Shown: positions 9,600 to 19,188 of the stretch, one piece after another
Layout: each line of letters starts with the position of its first letter
Position numbering within the stretch: the stretch's first letter is position 1
Assembly: GCA_050173015.1 (NCBI GenBank)
Contig: JBFXLE010000002.1
Span: forward strand, 32,001-96,000
DNA: 64,000 nt
Reading direction: 5' to 3'
From: Calditrichaceae bacterium
GTDB lineage: Bacteria; Calditrichota; Calditrichia; Calditrichales; JBFXGD01
Translations under genes and position numbers: made by a program
The notes under the pieces: generated by a model
Databases searched by the model: none
Told to the model about the DNA's origin: nothing
The model's input: only the letters and a program-made list of their open reading frames with translations

Positions 9600-9630
9600 A
9601 TATTTTGAATAAAATAGGGCTGACTCACGG

Positions 9631-10341
9631 ATGGACAAATACAGAATTTTGATTGTTGAAGATGATGAAGATCATGCCTTTCTTGAGGGAGATATCCTGC
9701 GGGATGAGCTCTCATGCGATATTGAAATTGTTTCTTCAAAAAAACAGATGGATGGTGTAAATCTGCTTGAAAAGGATGTCATTCTGCTCGATTTCAATTT
9801 GCCGGACGCGTCCGGCGATGAATTAACAAAAATCATACGTAAGCAGACTGATATACCGATTATTGTAATTACAGGTGACGGGGAACTTACGACGGCGATT
9901 GAAACATTGAAGAACGGAGCGAATGATTTTTTAATCAAATCAGCAGAAAATATAACTTTGCTACCGACGAAGGTGCAAAGAGTCTATGAAGAATATGTAA
10001 ACCGGAAACTGCTGGAGGAGCAGCGGAAGGAAAAGGATGAGATGTTGACAAAAATTGAAACGCTCCGTCAGGTTCTTGCCACGCTTGCTCATTATATAAA
10101 TAACGCCACGACAACGATATACGGTTACGCGCAGCTCTCAGAACAGGATCCCATGAATATTAAACGTTCAAAAAAGTTGTCAAAAATAAGTATTAAGGAA
10201 ACACAAAAGATCACATTTGTGCTGCAGGAGCTGGAGAATTTCATTAATTCAATGGAAATACGCACGACAAATTACGTCAATATTCCTAATGCCATGTTTG
10301 AAATCGAAGAAAATATTAAAAAGAAAATGGAAGAATTGTAG
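9631..10341 (+). CDS. Receiver domain + HisKA(DHp)-like domain, no HATPase
   Basis: REC (VEDD, LLD54, ITG, LIK); coiled coil; H-box LATLAH154YINNATTTIYGYAQL; no N/G boxes before the stop. Confidence 0.85.
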   Translation: MDKYRILIVEDDEDHAFLEGDILRDELSCDIEIVSSKKQMDGVNLLEKDVILLDFNLPDASGDELTKIIRKQTDIPIIVITGDGELTTAIETLKNGANDFLIKSAENITLLPTKVQRVYEEYVNRKLLEEQRKEKDEMLTKIETLRQVLATLAHYINNATTTIYGYAQLSEQDPMNIKRSKKLSKISIKETQKITFVLQELENFINSMEIRTTNYVNIPNAMFEIEENIKKKMEEL

Positions 10342-10519
10342 CCTCATTTTTGATATATGCCGCTTTTTGGAAACAAAAAAACAGCATTTTTAGTTATATC
10401 TTTCAAATTCTCGGAAAATACATACTTGATACGATAATAATTAATTATTATATTGAACACTTTTAGTGCGCATTATTGCGTCCGGAAGTAAAATATCTTA
10501 ATAAAGCCGGGAGGTTGGT

Positions 10520-11398
10520 TTGGTGAAAAGAAGTTTTTTTCTTATCGTTTTAATGTTATTAAGTGTACAGCTGGTGTTTGGCCAGTCGACAGTTGAAAAA
10601 GACCCTGCGGCCGGGCAGGCTTATAATGAAGGCAATAACTTTGTAAAAAAACAAAAGTACAATGAAGCGATCAGTAAATATCTTGAAGCGATAAAAGCAG
10701 ATAATAATTTTCCTCAGGCTTATTACATGCTCGGTTACGCTTATAAAAAAACCGGTCAGTATGATAAATCTGAAAATTCCTACAGACAAGCGATCAAATT
10801 AGACAGCCAATTTGAAAAGGCATACATCGCGCTTGCATATCTTCAGTCTGCTTTACAAAAAGACGCTGACGCGATGAACACTTATAAAGCTGTTCTGGCA
10901 TTTAATGAAAATTCCAGTGAAGCAAATTTTGGACTCGGAAAAATACTGTATGATCAGAAGGAAAACAGAGACGCGGTGAGATATCTGGAAAAAGCGGTGA
11001 AAGCAGATCCGGAGTATTCACTTGGATATAATGTGCTTGGATTAGCCTATCAAAACCTCAGAGAATTTGACAAGGCGGTTGGAGCCTTTGAAAATGCGAT
11101 CAAATCCGAAAAGAAAAGAATTAAACAGGGTGATTATTATTACAGGCTGGGTGTTGTATATCTGGCGATGAAAAAGTATAATCAGGCAGAAGAAGCGCTC
11201 AATACAGCGGTAGATTTGTCGAAAAGCAGCACGATAAAAGCTGGCGCGAATTTTAATTTAGCAGAAGTTTATAAAGGTACCGGTCAAACTCAGAAAGCAA
11301 TCCAGCATTATAAGATGGCGGCATCTGACCGTAGCTGGAAACAAGCCGCAGAGTATGAAATTGAAATTTTAACAAATCCCGATAAATATTCATATTAA
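10520..11398 (+). CDS. Exported tetratricopeptide repeat protein
   Basis: Signal peptide; about 7 TPR repeats (AYYMLGYAY, ANFGLGKILY, GYNVLGLAY). Confidence 0.9.
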   Translation: MVKRSFFLIVLMLLSVQLVFGQSTVEKDPAAGQAYNEGNNFVKKQKYNEAISKYLEAIKADNNFPQAYYMLGYAYKKTGQYDKSENSYRQAIKLDSQFEKAYIALAYLQSALQKDADAMNTYKAVLAFNENSSEANFGLGKILYDQKENRDAVRYLEKAVKADPEYSLGYNVLGLAYQNLREFDKAVGAFENAIKSEKKRIKQGDYYYRLGVVYLAMKKYNQAEEALNTAVDLSKSSTIKAGANFNLAEVYKGTGQTQKAIQHYKMAASDRSWKQAAEYEIEILTNPDKYSY

Positions 11399-11422
11399 TA
11401 AATAGAAAGGTGTGATCCATTT

Positions 11423-11620
11423 ATGATTACTGTCAAAATCCGTGATAATGAACCATTTGAGAAAGCATTCAAAAGATTTACAAAATCTTGTGAAAAATCG
11501 GGATTGATGGCCGATATTAAAAAACATCAGCATTTTGAAAAGCCTAGTGAGCAGAGAAAAAGAAGAATGAACCAGGCTAAAAGAAAGATGCGTAAATTAA
11601 TGGCTGAGATGAATCGATAA
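11423..11620 (+). CDS. rpsU: 30S ribosomal protein S21
   Basis: EPFEKAFKRF...HFEKPSEQRKR. Confidence 0.96.
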   Translation: MITVKIRDNEPFEKAFKRFTKSCEKSGLMADIKKHQHFEKPSEQRKRRMNQAKRKMRKLMAEMNR

Positions 11621-11636
11621 TATAACGGGATGAGTA

Positions 11637-12089
11637 ATGGCTCTTGACGCGAAGATTCATAAGGATATGCAGACTGCCTTGAAGGAAGGCCGAAAATTTG
11701 AACTCTCTACCTTGCGCACTGTCTTCGCGCAGATTAAGGATGAACGGATCAGATTAAAAGCTGAACTGACTGATGAGGATGTGATCAGAGTTCTTTCAAG
11801 CGCGGTGAAAAAACGCAGAGATTCCAGCGAAATGTACAAGCAGGGTAACCGTCAGGATCTTGCGGATAAAGAGCTTCAGGAAATAAGCATTATAGAAAAA
11901 TATCTTCCCGAACAACTATCAGAAGATAAAATCGAAGAGATTTTAACCAGCATCATCGCTGAATCCGGCGCTGTCTCAGTCAAAGATATGGGAAAAGTAA
12001 TGGGGCTGGCGATGAACAGGCTAAAAGGCGCGGCTGACGGAAAAATTGTACAGAATCTTGTAAGGAAACTGCTCTCAATTCAGGAATAA
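11637..12089 (+). CDS. yqeY: GatB/YqeY domain protein
   Basis: KKRRDS..Y..GNRQDLADKE, YLPEQLS, DMGKVMG, ADGK; follows rpsU. Confidence 0.93.
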   Translation: MALDAKIHKDMQTALKEGRKFELSTLRTVFAQIKDERIRLKAELTDEDVIRVLSSAVKKRRDSSEMYKQGNRQDLADKELQEISIIEKYLPEQLSEDKIEEILTSIIAESGAVSVKDMGKVMGLAMNRLKGAADGKIVQNLVRKLLSIQE

Positions 12090-12658
12090 TGAACTATTTA
12101 GACATCACACTTATCATCACAATAGCAATATTTACTATCCGGGGATTATTCAGAGGACTAATTACAGAGTTAATGACTCTGGTTGCACTCATCCTCGGGT
12201 TTTTTATTGCTGTATATTATCTTCAACCGGCAGTTCAGCTTTTGCTTGTCTCATTTCCGTCACTCCCTGAATTCGCTGCAAGGATTATCGGTTTTATTGT
12301 CCTCTTTTTTGCCGTGAACCTCACCGTCAGACTTTTAAGTAAACTTCTAAACAGTTTTGCCTCATTAGGATTACTTCAACCGGTTAATAAAATAGCCGGC
12401 GGGGTATTCGGGTTTGTGAAAACCGTTTTCGTTTTAAGTATCATTCTGATAATGATCGAATTTATACCGGGTTCAAATACTTTATTAAATGCAATCGGTA
12501 AAGAAAACAGCATGGTTTACGGTTCGGTGAAAAATTTCGCGCCAAATATTTATAATTTTATTGTTGCATTCATCCCCGGTAATGAGAAATTATATGATCA
12601 GATCATTGACGGTTTTAGACAGGCTGATTCAACCGCAAAAAAATTAATCAATTTTTAA
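12089..12658 (+). CDS. cvpA: CvpA family membrane protein
   Basis: MNYLDI...RGLFRGLITE, NKIAGGVFG; precedes mutS2. Confidence 0.9.
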   Translation: MNYLDITLIITIAIFTIRGLFRGLITELMTLVALILGFFIAVYYLQPAVQLLLVSFPSLPEFAARIIGFIVLFFAVNLTVRLLSKLLNSFASLGLLQPVNKIAGGVFGFVKTVFVLSIILIMIEFIPGSNTLLNAIGKENSMVYGSVKNFAPNIYNFIVAFIPGNEKLYDQIIDGFRQADSTAKKLINF

Positions 12659-12668
12659 TCAGAGAAAT

Positions 12669-15050
12669 ATGGCAACAATATATGGCTTCGAAAAGGCTAA
12701 ACAAGCCCTCGAATATGACAAAATCATTGATTTTATCTCATCAAAATGTGTTTCCGAAACCGGCAGAAACCGTCTGAGCAATAGTCAGCCGCTGACGGAT
12801 CCTGTAACGCTGAATAAAATTTTAATCCAGATCGGTGAGATGCGGGAGATATATCTCGCGGATGGCGGGCTGCCCATATGGGAGTTTGAGGATATACGGC
12901 TTTTTCTGAACCGGATTGAACCGGCGGAAAGCTATCTGGAGATTGCAGACTGTCTTAAAATTCAGAGTTTTTTGGAAATCGTTGCTGACATAAGCGCGTT
13001 TTTTATCAAATTAAAAGATAAATATCCGGAGCTCACACAAATTGTCGGCAGGCTGGCGGAAAAAAAGACTCTGCTCAATCAGCTCAAATTTACAATCGAT
13101 CCATCCGGCCAGATTTATGATAATGCCAGTAATGAACTGAAAACAATCAGAAAAGCGATTCATCAGCTTCAAAATGAAGTGCATATCCGGTTACAAAGGA
13201 TCATTCGAAAAAATTCGGAATTTCTACAGGAAGAATATATTACCCTAAGGGAGGGCCGGCTTGTCCTTCCCGTGAGAGAGTATTCGGTATCAAAAATCAA
13301 AGGAATTGTCCATGGGCAGTCCGGTTCAGGAGCCACATATTTTGTGGAACCCATGGAAGCGGTTGATCTAAATAATCAGATTCAAAAACTCTTTATGGAT
13401 GAAAATAAAGAGATTATTAAAATTCTAAAACGGCTTTCTAATTCAATTCGTGAAGAACAGACCGATCTCATTAAAAATCTTAATATACTTACCGATTTAG
13501 ATGTGCTTCAGGCAAAGGCAAAGTACGCCAATGAGTTTAATGCCAATTTTCCGGAAGTAAATAATGAATTCTACTGGGACCTGAGAAACGGCAAACACCC
13601 CGTTCTTTTGAAAAAAATTCAGAATGACACCGTTCCACTGAATCTGCTGGTCGGTAAAGATAATAACGAACTGATTATTTCAGGACCGAACGCGGGTGGC
13701 AAAACCGTCACACTAAAAACGATCGGTCTTTTGCAGTTGCTGTTTCAAAGCGGATTCCATATTCCTGTGGATGAGGGAACGCGTATGCCGGTCTGTAGCC
13801 AGATTTTTACCGTCATAGGTGATAAACAGTCAATTGAACAGGATTTAAGCACTTTTTCATCACATATTAAGGATTTAAACGAGATCTTGAATAAAGTTGA
13901 TGATAAGGCGCTTGTCCTGATAGATGAAATAGGCAGCGGAACCGAGCCATCGGGAGGAGCGGCCCTGGCGATTGCTATTCTTGAAAAACTAAACCGTAGG
14001 GGTATTATCACCATCGTGACGACCCATCAGAATCAGTTAAAATCCTTTGGCGGTCAAACGGAGGGCATCGGGAACGCGGCTATGCAGTTCGACAGCAATC
14101 ATTTGACACCCCTGTTTTCACTTGAAATGGGGATTCCCGGGAGCAGTTATACTTTCGAAATCTGCCGGCGTCTGGGGCTCGATGAAAGTATGCTTGAAAG
14201 AGCGGTCTCGATTACAGGGCAGGAGACATTTAAACTGGATCAGCTTTTGGCCGATGTCGTTAGAAAAAGTCAACATTACCGGGAATTATCTGAGAAACTT
14301 AGCATAAAAGAATCTGAACTGAATGGTTTGATCAAGCTTTATGGTATAAAAAATGAGACTTTCACCAAAAATCGTAAAAAATTGGAGAAAGAATCTCTCG
14401 AAGAAGCGAAAATGATCCTCGCCAATGTGAATAAGGAGATAGAAGCGGTTATAAGGGAAATCCGCGAATCCCAGGGTGACCGTACCGTAATAAAAAAGGC
14501 GAAAGAGGCAATCGAAAGAAAGAAAAAGGAAATTGACGCGGGTTTGGGTAAAAAAAAGGGTTCATCTTCGTTAAATATTGAACAACTGGTTCCGGGGCAA
14601 AAAGTACGTTCGAAATCATTCGGCTTCACCGGTGTGGTTTCCAAAATTTTTAAAGGTAAAAAAGAAGTTGAAATAAACAGAGACGGCGTAAAAATAACCG
14701 TTAATTGGGCAGATATTGATATCCTTGATGAACATGGGCAGGTAAAAGATGAACAACCGCGGGAGCAGATGAGACAGCCTTCGGGTATGTCCGGCGTTTC
14801 CGCGAATATACCAAATGAGCTGGATCTGAGAGGGCTGGTGACTGAAGACGCCATCAGTGAGATTGAAGCCTATCTGGACCTCGCTGTATTGAGTTCGTGG
14901 GATGAGGTGTGCCTGATTCACGGAAAAGGCACGGGAGCGCTGCGTCAAGCGGTGCATAAATTTCTTTCAGGATTGAAAAATATTAAATCATTCCGCCTGG
15001 GCAAATGGGGAGAAGGAGATGCCGGGGTCACAATAGTCACTTTGAGATAA
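12669..15050 (+). CDS. mutS2: MutS2 endonuclease / ribosome collision sensor with Smr domain
   Basis: HGQSGSGATYFVEP, SGPNAGGKT, SIEQDLSTFSSH, DEIGSGTEP, LDLRG, IHGKGTGAL. Confidence 0.96.
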   Translation: MATIYGFEKAKQALEYDKIIDFISSKCVSETGRNRLSNSQPLTDPVTLNKILIQIGEMREIYLADGGLPIWEFEDIRLFLNRIEPAESYLEIADCLKIQSFLEIVADISAFFIKLKDKYPELTQIVGRLAEKKTLLNQLKFTIDPSGQIYDNASNELKTIRKAIHQLQNEVHIRLQRIIRKNSEFLQEEYITLREGRLVLPVREYSVSKIKGIVHGQSGSGATYFVEPMEAVDLNNQIQKLFMDENKEIIKILKRLSNSIREEQTDLIKNLNILTDLDVLQAKAKYANEFNANFPEVNNEFYWDLRNGKHPVLLKKIQNDTVPLNLLVGKDNNELIISGPNAGGKTVTLKTIGLLQLLFQSGFHIPVDEGTRMPVCSQIFTVIGDKQSIEQDLSTFSSHIKDLNEILNKVDDKALVLIDEIGSGTEPSGGAALAIAILEKLNRRGIITIVTTHQNQLKSFGGQTEGIGNAAMQFDSNHLTPLFSLEMGIPGSSYTFEICRRLGLDESMLERAVSITGQETFKLDQLLADVVRKSQHYRELSEKLSIKESELNGLIKLYGIKNETFTKNRKKLEKESLEEAKMILANVNKEIEAVIREIRESQGDRTVIKKAKEAIERKKKEIDAGLGKKKGSSSLNIEQLVPGQKVRSKSFGFTGVVSKIFKGKKEVEINRDGVKITVNWADIDILDEHGQVKDEQPREQMRQPSGMSGVSANIPNELDLRGLVTEDAISEIEAYLDLAVLSSWDEVCLIHGKGTGALRQAVHKFLSGLKNIKSFRLGKWGEGDAGVTIVTLR

Positions 15051-15063
15051 AGAGGCTTGATAT

Positions 15064-17802
15064 ATGAGCAAGAAACTTTTTCTTGTAGATGGTTCAGCGA
15101 TATATTACCGCAGTTATTTCGCATTTATTCGTAACCCACTTATTAATTCAAAAGGCGAAAATACCTCAGCAACATACGGATTTTTAAATTCAATGATTAA
15201 GTTGATTGAAGATGAGAATCCGGATTACGTCGCGGTTATCTTCGACACTAAGGAACCAACCTTCAGACATAAAATCTATGAGCCATACAAGGCAACACGT
15301 GAGAAAATGCCCGCGGAGATGGCTGATCAGTATCCGCGGCTCGTGAGTACTCTGAAATCATTTGAGTTTATCCTTCTCGAGAAAGATGGATATGAAGCGG
15401 ATGACATCATAGGAACGCTCGCGCATCGCTTTGCATCGCCTGAATTGGATGTGTTCATTTTTTCAGGCGACAAGGATATGGCTCAGCTTGTGAACAAACA
15501 TATTTTTCTATATTTACCAGGTAAAACAGGCCAGCCAGCGGAAATTATGGGCTCTTCTGAGATACAAAAGAAATTCGGGATTAAGCCCGGGCAGATTGTT
15601 GACTGGCTCGCGCTGATCGGTGACACTTCTGATAATATTCCGGGCATTCCAAAGGTAGGACCCAAAACAGCGACACAACTGCTGATGGATTATGGGAGCA
15701 TTGACGGAATCTATGACGGGATTGAGAAACTAAAAGAAGGTGTGGTCAAAAAAAATCTCATTGAATTTAAGGAACAGACATCCTTATCCAGAAAACTCGC
15801 GACAATTGATCTGAATACACCTCTGAATGTTGATTTGAAGGATCTCGAATTTAAAATATGGGATATGGAAGTCGCCGATAAATTACTTAAAGAGCTGGAA
15901 TTCAGACGACTGTATGACAGAATGCTTAAAATCGCGCAGAAATCGGGTACGGGGCAGGCGGAATTATTCAGTAAACAGAAAGATCTCCCGGTCAAATATC
16001 ATCTGATTGATACGGATGATAAATTTATCAAACTGATAGGCGAACTATCAAAGCAAAAGGAATTTGTATTTGATCTTGAAACAAGTTCACTCAATTTCCT
16101 CGATGCTGAAATAGCGGGAATTGCAATCGCCTGGAAGGAGAACGAAGCTTATTACATTCCTCTGAAGCATCCGGATATTATGCTTGATAAAAATATGGTT
16201 ATTGAGACGTTATGGCCAATTTTTACGGACAAAAAAATCAGGAAATCAGGTCAGAATATTAAATATGACGCCAGTATCATGGAGGAAAACGGTATTCCGG
16301 TCGAAGGAATATATTTTGATACGATGATAGCATCATATCTTATCGATCCATCCGGAAGACAGCATAATCTTGATAAAATGGCCGAATATCATCTCAATTA
16401 CCAGACTATTCATATAGAAGAATTGATCGGAACCGGTAAGAATCAAAAACTTATGACAGATATACCTGCCGAAAAAGTCGCGGATTATGCCGCTGAGGAC
16501 GCGGATATCACATTAAAGTTAAGAAATATATTTGCCCCCATCCTCCATAAAAACAACCAGGATAAGCTGTTTCATGAACTGGAAATGCCTCTGGTCCCTG
16601 TTTTAATGAAGATAGAAAGAAACGGGGTTAAACTTGATAAGGAATTTCTCGATAAAATGTCCGTAGAGCTGGGAAGAGAACTCAGCATCACGGAAGATAA
16701 AATTTATGAGATCGCGGGTGAAAAATTCAACATCAATTCCCCGCAGCAGCTGGGATTGATCATGTTTGAGAAGCTCATGATTCAAACTGAGTCAGGTTCC
16801 CGAAAACCGCAGAAGACCAAAACAGGGCAGTATTCAACATCTGAAAATGTTCTTGAAAAATATAGTGAGCATCCGTTGATCGAGAAGATTCTGAATTATC
16901 GTAAATTAACAAAACTAAAAAGCACATACATCGACGCGCTCCCGAAATTAATTCATCCGAAAAGCGGAAAAGTACATACTTCATTCAATCAGACAGTCGC
17001 GGCGACAGGAAGACTTTCGAGCAGTAACCCGAATTTACAAAATATCCCCATAAGAACGGAGCTTGGAAGGGAAATCCGTAAAGCGTTTATAGCCTCTTCA
17101 CAGGATCGCTCAATCCTGAGTGCGGACTATTCGCAGATTGAACTCAGAATAATGGCGCATTTATCAAAAGATGAAACGATGATAGAAAGTTTTAAGAATA
17201 AAGCGGATATTCATGCTTCCACAGCGGCGTTAATTTTTGATATTCCGATTGCCGATGTTATGCCGGATCACCGAAGAAAAGCGAAAGAAATCAATTTCGG
17301 TATTATGTATGGTATGAATGAATACGGACTCGCAAATCGCCTTAAAATAAGTAACGGAGAGGCGAAAGATTTCATTTACGGCTATTTCGCGACTTATCCC
17401 GGTATTCAGGCATTTATGCGACAATGCATAGCCCGGGCATCAGAGAGCGGATATGTTGAAACCATCATGCATCGCAGAAGATATTTACCTGAAATTAAGA
17501 GTACGAACCGACAGGTCAGAGAATTCGCGGAAAGAACCGCCATAAACACACCGATTCAGGGATCGGCCGCTGATTTGATTAAAAAAGCGATGATTGACAT
17601 CCATGAATATCTGAAAATAGAAAAAATTGACGCGAGAATGATTCTTCAGGTACATGATGAGCTTGTTTTTGATGTTGCTAATTCCGTTGTCGATGATTTC
17701 AGTAAAAAAATCAAATCAATTATGGAAAACACCATAAAATTATCTGTCCCGATAATAGTGGATACTGGTGTCGGCAACAATTGGCTGGAGGCGCATCAGT
17801 AA
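15064..17802 (+). CDS. polA: DNA polymerase I
   Basis: 5' nuclease (LVDGS, YEADD, GDTSDNIPG), 3'-5' exonuclease FDLET, ADYSQIELR, LQVHDEL. Confidence 0.98.
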   Translation: MSKKLFLVDGSAIYYRSYFAFIRNPLINSKGENTSATYGFLNSMIKLIEDENPDYVAVIFDTKEPTFRHKIYEPYKATREKMPAEMADQYPRLVSTLKSFEFILLEKDGYEADDIIGTLAHRFASPELDVFIFSGDKDMAQLVNKHIFLYLPGKTGQPAEIMGSSEIQKKFGIKPGQIVDWLALIGDTSDNIPGIPKVGPKTATQLLMDYGSIDGIYDGIEKLKEGVVKKNLIEFKEQTSLSRKLATIDLNTPLNVDLKDLEFKIWDMEVADKLLKELEFRRLYDRMLKIAQKSGTGQAELFSKQKDLPVKYHLIDTDDKFIKLIGELSKQKEFVFDLETSSLNFLDAEIAGIAIAWKENEAYYIPLKHPDIMLDKNMVIETLWPIFTDKKIRKSGQNIKYDASIMEENGIPVEGIYFDTMIASYLIDPSGRQHNLDKMAEYHLNYQTIHIEELIGTGKNQKLMTDIPAEKVADYAAEDADITLKLRNIFAPILHKNNQDKLFHELEMPLVPVLMKIERNGVKLDKEFLDKMSVELGRELSITEDKIYEIAGEKFNINSPQQLGLIMFEKLMIQTESGSRKPQKTKTGQYSTSENVLEKYSEHPLIEKILNYRKLTKLKSTYIDALPKLIHPKSGKVHTSFNQTVAATGRLSSSNPNLQNIPIRTELGREIRKAFIASSQDRSILSADYSQIELRIMAHLSKDETMIESFKNKADIHASTAALIFDIPIADVMPDHRRKAKEINFGIMYGMNEYGLANRLKISNGEAKDFIYGYFATYPGIQAFMRQCIARASESGYVETIMHRRRYLPEIKSTNRQVREFAERTAINTPIQGSAADLIKKAMIDIHEYLKIEKIDARMILQVHDELVFDVANSVVDDFSKKIKSIMENTIKLSVPIIVDTGVGNNWLEAHQ

Positions 17803-17803
17803 T

Positions 17804-18685
17804 TTAACACGTAACGCTCAGTCCTTCCCGCGCGGCCAATATTTCGATGTCGCCCTTTAATTCGAGGGCCAGTTTTTGGGCATTCATGAGCATATTATCA
17901 ATAAAGTCATCATTATGCTGCGGATCATGGTGAAACAGAATTAGTTTTTTGACTCCCGCTTCAATGGCTAGTTTTACGGTATAATCGTACGGAGAATGTC
18001 CCCACGTTACATGTTTACTATACTCTTCCGGTGTGTATTGCGCGTCATGGATTAAAATTGATGCGTCTTTTATAAATTTAATCAGCTTATTTTTTCCGTC
18101 ATCCGTGATAAATGAACCAGGCTCCAATGCTGTTAATTCATTGTTGTTCGCTTCCGGCAAAGGTTCATTATCACTGATATAAACGATTTTTTTTGTTCCC
18201 AAAGTAAATTTATACCCCAACGCGTTGCCCGGATGATTGACGTAAATTGTCTGAATTTCTATCCCGTCTATTATGTAGTCACCTTCGTACAGCCGCTGAA
18301 ACTCCAGCTTCGCGCCCATATCACTTAGTTCAATCGGAAAATATGTGGGATCCATTTGTCCGGCAATAATATCGGCCAGACTTTTATCAGAATCCTCGGC
18401 GCCGTAAAAAACAAAATGATTGCCCGGTATATAAGCCGGTGTGAAAAAGGGTATTCCCTGAATATGATCCCAATGCATATGACTGATAAATATATTTGCT
18501 GTGATACTTGATTTTGATTTCATGAGTTCATTTCCCAGGGCTCGCAGGCCTGAACCCCCGTCAAGTATCACTAACTTGTCTTTGTGTCTTAATTCGATAC
18601 AGGCCGTATTCCCGCCATATCTGACCGTATCAGGACCGGGTGTCGGGATCGAACCGCGTACACCCCAAAATTTTAAACTTGTCAT
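17804..18685 (-). CDS. Metallo-beta-lactamase-fold hydrolase, putative cyclic-nucleotide phosphodiesterase
   Basis: FWGVRGS start, YGGNTAC, SHMHWDHIQG (HxHxDH), HPG, HDAQY, WGHS, FHHDP; ATG 18685 chosen because AGAGG lies upstream. Confidence 0.88.
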   Translation of the reverse strand: MTSLKFWGVRGSIPTPGPDTVRYGGNTACIELRHKDKLVILDGGSGLRALGNELMKSKSSITANIFISHMHWDHIQGIPFFTPAYIPGNHFVFYGAEDSDKSLADIIAGQMDPTYFPIELSDMGAKLEFQRLYEGDYIIDGIEIQTIYVNHPGNALGYKFTLGTKKIVYISDNEPLPEANNNELTALEPGSFITDDGKNKLIKFIKDASILIHDAQYTPEEYSKHVTWGHSPYDYTVKLAIEAGVKKLILFHHDPQHNDDFIDNMLMNAQKLALELKGDIEILAAREGLSVTC

Positions 18686-18695
18686 CAAAAAACCT

Positions 18696-19058
18696 CTATA
18701 AAAAGGTTCTAACCTCATTTATTAAAGTTTCGTTTTTCACAGGTTTAGTAAGGTAGGTTTCAGCGCCTAACCCAATAGCCTTTTTTTTCTCGGGCGGGAA
18801 ATTTTTCCCAGACAGTATAATAACGGGAATCGTGGCAATCTCCGGGGTCTCTTTTATTTTCCTTAACAAGGTCAAACCATCTATTCCGGGCATCATAATA
18901 TCCAGAAGAATGACCTTCGGAGGATCATTTAGAATTGAATTAATCGCCACTGTTGGGTCGCTTAAAAAGCGGGAAGTGATACCCGATGATGTAAAAAGAC
19001 GAACAATATTTTTAATTTGAATTTCACTGTCGTCAATTATTAATATCTCTGTCATCAA
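18696..19058 (-). CDS. Single-domain response regulator (CheY-like)
   Basis: IIDD, LLDIMMPGIDG, LSG, LTKP. Confidence 0.92.
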   Translation of the reverse strand: MMTEILIIDDSEIQIKNIVRLFTSSGITSRFLSDPTVAINSILNDPPKVILLDIMMPGIDGLTLLRKIKETPEIATIPVIILSGKNFPPEKKKAIGLGAETYLTKPVKNETLINEVRTFL

Positions 19059-19145
19059 GTTAATTCTCCCTGATGCATTTATTTCAGAATCATTGAGTAC
19101 AATGAATTAAAAAGAGATACCGTAAATCTTAAATTTCATTGGTAC

Positions 19146-19188
19146 AGTATAGAGCCGCAAGTTTCACATTGTTGTGACATGTCTCACA
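19146..19188 (-). promoter_or_regulatory. Class II CRP/FNR-family promoter for the REC + MBL hydrolase operon
   Basis: TGTGA-CATGTC-TCACA at 19173-19188 is a perfect CRP consensus; minus-strand -10 TATACT at 19151-19146 puts the site centre at -41.5. Confidence 0.7.

Noticed and set aside
9597-9630. Possible Sec/TGA read-through fusing the kinase to the REC-DHp protein
   Set aside because: A second in-frame TGA follows two codons later and the downstream gene is in a different frame
14339-14957. Long antisense ORFs (171 aa, 113 aa) inside mutS2, and similar ones inside ileS, pilB, divIVA and others
   Set aside because: Shadow frames of well-supported genes; no motifs or RBS
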